From: a virus
Lineage: Duplodnaviria > Caudoviricetes
DNA length: 60,775 nt
IMG/VR virus record: IMGVR_UViG_3300043446_003656
Location: 1 to 60,775 of that record
Direction: 5' to 3' (one strand)
In this document: in pieces, positions 56,407 to 60,775 of the stretch
Numbering within the stretch: position 1 is the first letter of the stretch
Layout: every line of letters begins with the position of its first letter
Translations under genes and position numbers: made by a program
Notes under the pieces: model-generated
Told to the model about the DNA's origin: nothing
Seen by the model: only the letters and a program-made list of their open reading frames with translations
Database searches by the model: none

Positions 56407-57100
56407 TATAAAAGCTTTTAAAACTCAACCAGAATTAGCTAATTTAGAACCATTGATTGCAAATAGAGATTGGATGGATAACACCTGGGAAGCACATGCT
56501 TACCATTGTTTTCCAGTAAGTCTTGCCAATAAACTTGGTTGGTCAATATCTTATCCAGAAGATATTGTTTTTATTTGGGACGGAATAAATGATTCAGAAC
56601 CAAGTCATGTAAAAATTTTACATGGTGAGAAATATGCATATTCTGGAAGAGCAAATGGGACAATAAGTTTTAAAACTGGAATAAAGTTTGAAACAGAAGA
56701 TAATCTAACAATGATCCATATGCCAGTTCCTAATTATTTTAGGGACGGTTGGACCCCATTTACAACTTTAATAAGTACATCTTGGTATAGTGGAGAATTG
56801 CCATCTGCAGCAATGATTACAAGACCAAATCAGGAAATTACAATTAAAGCAGGCACTCCAGTTGCAGCAATTTTACCTATAAATCTATCAGATTTACAAA
56901 ATTCAGAAATTAATTTTTTAAAATTATCTGAAATGAAAAAATCTAATGTTGACATGAATGAGTATTCAAATGCTATATATGAAGAAAATAGACTCGGAAA
57001 ATGGACAGATTATTATAGAAATGCAACAGACCATAATGGTAATAAAATCGGGGAACATCAGGTAAAGACTATTAAACTTAAGGTTAACGAAAATGTATAA
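56399..57100 (+). CDS. DUF6065-like protein
   Basis: RDWMD..AYHCFPVSLAN..GW..TIKAGTPVAAILPI. Confidence 0.7.
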   Translation: MYNIKAFKTQPELANLEPLIANRDWMDNTWEAHAYHCFPVSLANKLGWSISYPEDIVFIWDGINDSEPSHVKILHGEKYAYSGRANGTISFKTGIKFETEDNLTMIHMPVPNYFRDGWTPFTTLISTSWYSGELPSAAMITRPNQEITIKAGTPVAAILPINLSDLQNSEINFLKLSEMKKSNVDMNEYSNAIYEENRLGKWTDYYRNATDHNGNKIGEHQVKTIKLKVNENV

Positions 57101-57800
57101 TTTGAACGCTTATCAAATTAATAAAGAGGCAAAAACAAAGATAGAACCGCTAGAAACAAATAGAGATTGGATGAAAGATAATTTTTATGCATATAATTGT
57201 TTTCCAATAACAATGGTTAACAAATTAGGTTTTGCAGTATCTCTTACTCGTGATGTTTCATTTATGTGGCACGGATACTCTGGAGAAGGTTTGCGACACG
57301 ATATAGAAGTGTTTGAAGGTGAAGATTTATGCTATTTTGAGAGAGGTGGAGGTGTAATTGGATTCCCAACAGATTTTATCATTACATCTGATGAAAACGT
57401 CTCTTTGTTAACAATGCCTGTACCAAATCAATTTACAGACGGGATACAAGCATTTTCTTCTATAATTAGTAGTTCTTTTTATACAGGTGCGTTACATGTA
57501 GTTTGCAAGATTACATCTCCAAATAAAATAATTACAATAAAAGCGGGGACTCCAATTGCTGCGATACTTCCTATAAGTTTAGGGGATATACAGGATTCTA
57601 CTTTAAAAATAAATAATTGGGACAATTCTTTAAATGTTTTGCATGCTGAAAAATATGTGGATAGATTGAAAAAATATGGAGAAGAGAATAATAGACCTGC
57701 TATGTGGTATCAAAAAGCAGTAAACCAAAATGGGGAAAAAATTGGTTCACATGAGGTACAGAGTATAAAATTGCATGTAGAGAATGAAAATGTGGTATGA
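57093..57800 (+). CDS. DUF6065-like protein (tandem paralog)
   Basis: RDWM..AYNCFPI..TIKAGTPIAAILPI. Confidence 0.7.
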   Translation: MYNLNAYQINKEAKTKIEPLETNRDWMKDNFYAYNCFPITMVNKLGFAVSLTRDVSFMWHGYSGEGLRHDIEVFEGEDLCYFERGGGVIGFPTDFIITSDENVSLLTMPVPNQFTDGIQAFSSIISSSFYTGALHVVCKITSPNKIITIKAGTPIAAILPISLGDIQDSTLKINNWDNSLNVLHAEKYVDRLKKYGEENNRPAMWYQKAVNQNGEKIGSHEVQSIKLHVENENVV

Positions 57801-57820
57801 TATGGTGATAGGAATATAAA

Positions 57821-58573
57821 ATGGAAATAGTAAATGGAAATGAATGGATTAAAAATGCTCCAAAATCTATAACCCCATCAGGGTTTTTTGGTAGCGGTCC
57901 TGAAAACATCGTAGAGCTTGAAAACTTCTTAACAGAAGAAGAGCAAGCACGATTAATAAATTTTGCATTAAACAATAAAGTTTGGGACAAAACAGAAAGC
58001 CATGTTGATCAAGATGGTCTTGTGCTTTATGACCACAGCATTTGGGAAGATAGAGTTTGTACGGGTAACTCTTTAAAAGAATCTGACCCAACAATATTAG
58101 ACTTGTTATGGGACATGATAGATAGATTAAAAATAGAAGTAGATAAATTTTTTAACGTTGATGTACAAGCAACTGGGCCAGCCATAGTAAGATGGCCTGT
58201 TGGAGCAAGACAGGAGCCACATGCAGATAAAGAATTTTGGGTCGGAGAAGAAACAGGAAGACCAAACGATTTCCCTTGGTACGATATTGCGGGTTTATTT
58301 TATTTTAATGATGATTACGAAGGGGGAGAGTTATATTTTCCTCAACATGGAATAGAATTTAAACCAAAGCCAAGAGCAGCATATTTTTTCCCAGGAGATA
58401 AATATTATGCACACGGAGTAAGACCAGTAAAATCTGGAAATAGATTTACCTCCCCATTTTTTTGGACAATTATGAAACATACGGGAGAAAAACAACCGCC
58501 AGCAGATTATATTGGTGGTTTTGATAATGCAGAATACAAGAAAATATTTGAAAAAGGAGAAAATAATGCATAG
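57821..58573 (+). CDS. 2OG-Fe(II) oxygenase (P4H-like)
   Basis: HAD..YFNDDYEGGE..HGV..RF. Confidence 0.9.
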   Translation: MEIVNGNEWIKNAPKSITPSGFFGSGPENIVELENFLTEEEQARLINFALNNKVWDKTESHVDQDGLVLYDHSIWEDRVCTGNSLKESDPTILDLLWDMIDRLKIEVDKFFNVDVQATGPAIVRWPVGARQEPHADKEFWVGEETGRPNDFPWYDIAGLFYFNDDYEGGELYFPQHGIEFKPKPRAAYFFPGDKYYAHGVRPVKSGNRFTSPFFWTIMKHTGEKQPPADYIGGFDNAEYKKIFEKGENNA

Positions 58574-59420
58574 CCTAAATATAAGAGAAGATTTAGACAA
58601 TTTAAGCTGGGAAGAGTTATATCCAGGAATAATTCTATATAAAAATATGTTAAAAGATCCTTTAAAGGCATATGAAGTTATGATGAGATCGGAAGAGAGT
58701 AGTGAAGGCAAATACTTCTTTAAAAAATGGGATCCATGGGCTCATTTTGGAACATATACTCAGGCAAAATCTATTGAAGAGCAAGAAGTTGCAGAAAAAG
58801 GAATAGTCTTTGAAGAAGAAAAAGCATTATTTGAAGAAATTGCAGTAGCATATGACAGAGCTATTTCTCATTATTTTAAACATACAGAAATTTCAATTCC
58901 AGAAAATGCAAGATATAGCGGACAGTCTTGGTGTAAATATTTTAATAAAATTGATAATTTAAATAACAATATGACAATGCAATATCATACAGATTATATT
59001 ATTTCTCAATCTGAAATGCCAGGAGAAAAATTTCATACTACATGTACATTTTATATAAATGATAATTATAATGGCGGTGATGTTGAATTTTATGTCAATG
59101 GAGATATAATGAATTATAAGCCAAGCGCAGGAGATTTAATGATATTCCCGTCACGAGTACCTTATTACCATGGTGTTAAAACTATTCCAGATGGTAATAA
59201 ATTTTTTATCAGAAATTTTATAATGGAAGATTTTAATGGTTCAGAGGAATGGTTAGAAAATCAAAGAAAATTTGGAGCTTATAAATGGGCTCAAAAAGAA
59301 CTAGAGAGAATCAAGCATGATGATCCAAGAAATATGCTTTATTTAAAAGATAACAATATAATTTCTTATGATGATTTAATGCAATTAAATTCTGAAGGAG
59401 ACAATGATGGAACTAACTAA
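58566..59420 (+). CDS. 2OG-Fe(II) oxygenase
   Basis: HTD..YINDNYNGGD..HGV..KF; SD AAGGAG before 58566. Confidence 0.9.
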   Translation: MHSLNIREDLDNLSWEELYPGIILYKNMLKDPLKAYEVMMRSEESSEGKYFFKKWDPWAHFGTYTQAKSIEEQEVAEKGIVFEEEKALFEEIAVAYDRAISHYFKHTEISIPENARYSGQSWCKYFNKIDNLNNNMTMQYHTDYIISQSEMPGEKFHTTCTFYINDNYNGGDVEFYVNGDIMNYKPSAGDLMIFPSRVPYYHGVKTIPDGNKFFIRNFIMEDFNGSEEWLENQRKFGAYKWAQKELERIKHDDPRNMLYLKDNNIISYDDLMQLNSEGDNDGTN

Positions 59421-60153
59421 ACTAGATGATGATATTTTTATTTATAGAAAATTTTTAACCGATGAAGAATCTGATGCAATAAAAGCTGTAATCGAAGAGT
59501 ATGCTGAAAAAGACCCAGATTACTGGAAAGTAATTTCTTTTTACGAATCTTATTCTGCTGGGTATCCAGATGCAGGAGATCCACTTTTTGAAAAACACGG
59601 ACTACCCTCAGATTTCCTGGATAAATTATATTGGAGATATGTTGATGCTTGTGCAGATTTAGCTGGTATTGATAGATCAAAAGTTTCAAAAATTAGTTTC
59701 CATATTCAAAGATGGTTGCCAGGAGCTTTTGCACAATTACATTCAGATAATTCAGATGAAAATGGCAAACTTGGCGCATTTACAAGAAGCAGATATGCAG
59801 GCTTTTTATATTTAAATGATGATTTTACTGGGGGGCTTTTAAAGTTTCAAGCTCAATATGGACAAAAAGAATTAACAGTTGTTCCAGAAAAGGGTATGTT
59901 TGCAATATTTCACGGAGGTCATAAAAATATGCATCAGGTCACTCCAATAGAAAGTGGAATAAGATACACCATTGGTTCATTTTTTGATGATCGTGAAGAA
60001 TCAGAATATACTCAAGAGGAAAGAGATGCTTGGGCCACTGAGTTAGCCGAAGTTAGAGCATTACAAAAAGAAGAACAAAAAGTTTGGGCAGAAGTTAAAG
60101 AAGATGGGTATAGATTAACTCCTCAAGGCCAAAAATACAGATTGGATGGATGA
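59404..60153 (+). CDS. 2OG-Fe(II) oxygenase
   Basis: HSD..YLNDDFTGG..HQV..RY. Confidence 0.9.
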   Translation: MMELTKLDDDIFIYRKFLTDEESDAIKAVIEEYAEKDPDYWKVISFYESYSAGYPDAGDPLFEKHGLPSDFLDKLYWRYVDACADLAGIDRSKVSKISFHIQRWLPGAFAQLHSDNSDENGKLGAFTRSRYAGFLYLNDDFTGGLLKFQAQYGQKELTVVPEKGMFAIFHGGHKNMHQVTPIESGIRYTIGSFFDDREESEYTQEERDAWATELAEVRALQKEEQKVWAEVKEDGYRLTPQGQKYRLDG

Positions 60154-60775
60154 AATGCAAGAAGCATCATCAATTATGCATAATGGTAAAAAACAATATG
60201 TAATGTTTGATTTATTTGAACAAAATCAAGATATTTGGTATTTAGAAAATGTTTTAAGTAGTCCAGAAAAGCTTGTTGAGTTTATTGAGGATTCAGATAA
60301 AGACGAATTGATCCTAGATATTATTCCAAAATGGGAACTCTGGACAGCAAGTGACGATAACACTGTTGTATATGGAGCTACAAAAACTATATTCAAGGAT
60401 AATAAAAATAAAAAAACAAATTCAGAAAAAACAAATAGAAGAGCTTTGTATATAATAAATAGCTTGCTGATGTCCATAGAAATGTCTTGGGATAAATATG
60501 CAGATGGTCATGGACTAAATAAAGATAATTATATCCTAGATCATAGTATTTTGCCAGTTAAAAAATGGAACGCTGGCATGAATATGGGTCCACATTTTGA
60601 TGGACAAGATGGTCACACAGAATTAGCTTTTTCTATGGTTACATATTTAAATGATGAGTACGAGGGCGGGGAAATAAATTTTCCAAATCATAATGTTATT
60701 ATAAAGCCAAAGCCTGGAAGTTGTATAATATTTCCTTCACAAAATCCATATGTTCATGAAGTAAAAACAATACAT
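60146..60775 (+). CDS. 2OG-Fe(II) oxygenase, 3'-truncated by the window end
   Basis: Hand translation MDEMQE..MGPHFDG..YLNDEYEGGE..FPS..HEV. Confidence 0.9.
   Translation, partial: MDEMQEASSIMHNGKKQYVMFDLFEQNQDIWYLENVLSSPEKLVEFIEDSDKDELILDIIPKWELWTASDDNTVVYGATKTIFKDNKNKKTNSEKTNRRALYIINSLLMSIEMSWDKYADGHGLNKDNYILDHSILPVKKWNAGMNMGPHFDGQDGHTELAFSMVTYLNDEYEGGEINFPNHNVIIKPKPGSCIIFPSQNPYVHEVKTIH

Noticed and set aside
1-60775. Stop-codon reassignment
   Set aside because: Recognisable genes are full length and end in TAA, TAG or TGA; no suppressor tRNA was found.

Overview
AT-rich segment of a large tailed phage genome, most likely infecting a low-GC actinobacterium. The host call is inferred from WhiB, AhpC/AhpD, an MSMEG_6728-like glycosylase, an Lsr2-like domain and actinobacterial regulatory motifs. 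Layout: (1) 1-21.5 kb, plus strand: lysis and surface genes, 9 tRNAs with candidate ncRNAs, stress/redox genes and scattered 2OG-Fe(II) oxygenases. (2) About 21.5-22 kb: a DnaA-box-rich gap where the two strands converge. (3) 22-34.8 kb, minus strand: small early-type genes preceded by nine exactly spaced TGTCDG-N10-TANNNT promoters matching the actinobacterial PafBC/RecA-NDp DNA-damage promoter, with many CRP/GlxR sites, a LexA box, long repeats and a covarying RNA pseudoknot. (4) 35-43 kb: oxygenases, a transglycosylase, a glycosyltransferase and class II RNR. (5) 43-54.5 kb: tail and fibre genes ending in an FN3-(PPFF)n-Hint protein. (6) 54.5-60.8 kb: an operon of a sulfotransferase, hydroxylases and DUF6065 genes. 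The two strongest candidates for undescribed systems are the auto-processed Pro/Phe-repeat virion protein with its adjacent tailoring enzymes, and the PafBC-type, CRP-decorated early region. All calls come from reading motifs by eye; no database searches were run.
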